This document shows positions 63,055-64,000 of a DNA stretch of 64,000 bases, in pieces; the first letter of the stretch is position 1, and every line of letters begins with the position of its first letter. Under the pieces are notes generated by a model. The model saw only the letters and a program-made list of their open reading frames with translations, did not search any database and had not been told where the DNA came from. The position numbers and the translations under genes were made by a program. Origin of the DNA: Alphaproteobacteria bacterium (GTDB lineage: Bacteria > Pseudomonadota > Alphaproteobacteria > SP197); contig OZ219747.1 of NCBI GenBank assembly GCA_964291265.2, forward strand, positions 1,568,001 through 1,632,000, in the 5' to 3' direction.

Positions 63055-64000
63055 TCAGCGGCGTGACGCCCAGGCGATGGCGGCGAGGCATGCCGCGCCC
63101 GAGATGGCGAAGGAGCCCATGAGGACGAAGAGGGTGCCGTCGTAGAGGTAGCCGATCAGCCCCCCCGCGGGCACGGAAACGAGAGTGGAGATCAGAGTGA
63201 CGATGGCCGCTCCGACGCCGGCGATGTTGCCCAGGGGCTGCATGGCAAGGGCGTTGAGGTTGCCGAAGAGCAGTCCCACCCCGCCGAAGATCACCAACAG
63301 CGATGCCAGGAAGAGCCACAGCGGCGGAACTCCGTCGAAGGTGAAGGTCAGCCCCCAGATGACGGCGGAGCCGACGGTCACGACGATGGCCGCGATGACG
63401 GAGAGCCGCAGTATGCCGTAGCGCATGACGAGATGACCGTTGACGAGAACGGTGACACCGAAGGAAAGGGCGAGTCCAGCGAAGTAGAGGGGAAAGAGGA
63501 GGCCGACGCCGTACGTCACCTGAAAGATCTGCTGTGCGGTGCCGAGATAGGCGACAAAGGGGGCGAAGATGCAGCCCAGCGCCAGCGTGTAGGCGAATGC
63601 CTCGCGGGTTCGTGCCACCATGGCGGCCGATCTCGCGATCGCCGTCACCGAGAATGGCAGGCGACGCTGGCGGGGCAGTGTCTCCGGCTGGCGGATCAGG
63701 AGCCATAGGCCGGCGATGCCGGCCACGACGAAGAGGGCGACGAAGATGGCCCGCCACTCGGCGACGAGCAGGAGTCCCTGCCCCATGGCCGGGGCCACCA
63801 TGGGGACGGTGATGAAGACAGCCATCACGAAGGACAGGATACGCGCCATCAGGCGTCCCTCGTACTGGTCGCGCACCAGGGCCATGGAGACGACACGGGG
63901 TGCGGCGGCCCCCACTCCCTGGAGCACGCGCCCGGCGATCATGATCCAGAACTCCGTGGCGGCGATCGAGATGACGCAGCCCGCCATGAAGAGCGCCAGA
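63055..64000 (-). CDS. Bcr/CflA-family multidrug MFS transporter (5' end outside window)
   Basis: GRVLQGVG, VRDQYEG..MARILS, APAMG, WRAIF, PETL. Confidence 0.9.
   Translation of the reverse strand, partial: LALFMAGCVISIAATEFWIMIAGRVLQGVGAAAPRVVSMALVRDQYEGRLMARILSFVMAVFITVPMVAPAMGQGLLLVAEWRAIFVALFVVAGIAGLWLLIRQPETLPRQRRLPFSVTAIARSAAMVARTREAFAYTLALGCIFAPFVAYLGTAQQIFQVTYGVGLLFPLYFAGLALSFGVTVLVNGHLVMRYGILRLSVIAAIVVTVGSAVIWGLTFTFDGVPPLWLFLASLLVIFGGVGLLFGNLNALAMQPLGNIAGVGAAIVTLISTLVSVPAGGLIGYLYDGTLFVLMGSFAISGAACLAAIAWASRR

Noticed and set aside
1-64000. tRNA, rRNA, integrase or CRISPR loci
   Set aside because: None recognised by eye; tRNAscan-SE/Infernal would be needed to exclude them fully

Overview
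GC-rich bacterial window, probably alphaproteobacterial (inferred from gene content). Intact metabolic and transport blocks (4.3-10.5, 13-22.4, 34.8-50.6 and 60.7-64 kb) alternate with two decaying defence/mobile islands. Island 1 (22.5-34.7 kb) holds an AbiE type IV toxin-antitoxin (TA) pair, a PLD-nuclease/SF2-helicase/DUF3427 gene split by a 332-bp structured insert, and a DUF3644-like gene. The DUF3644-like gene is split by a 4.25-kb nested element built from IS66-type ends (8-bp target-site duplication, TSD), which carries an Rpn gene and a methyltransferase-bearing IS66. Island 2 (50.9-60.4 kb) holds the most striking locus: a translationally coupled mukF-mukE-mukB operon with a strongly shortened (1011 aa) MukB, followed directly by a jetD/Toprim nuclease gene. 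This is a MukBEF-type Wadjet-like anti-plasmid system in which mukE and jetD carry lesions. Also present are an intact IS4-family element with a DUF4338 (DruA-like) fused transposase, at least three MITE families, a probable group II intron 5' fragment and many pseudogenes. All family calls come from motif recognition by eye; no database searches were run.
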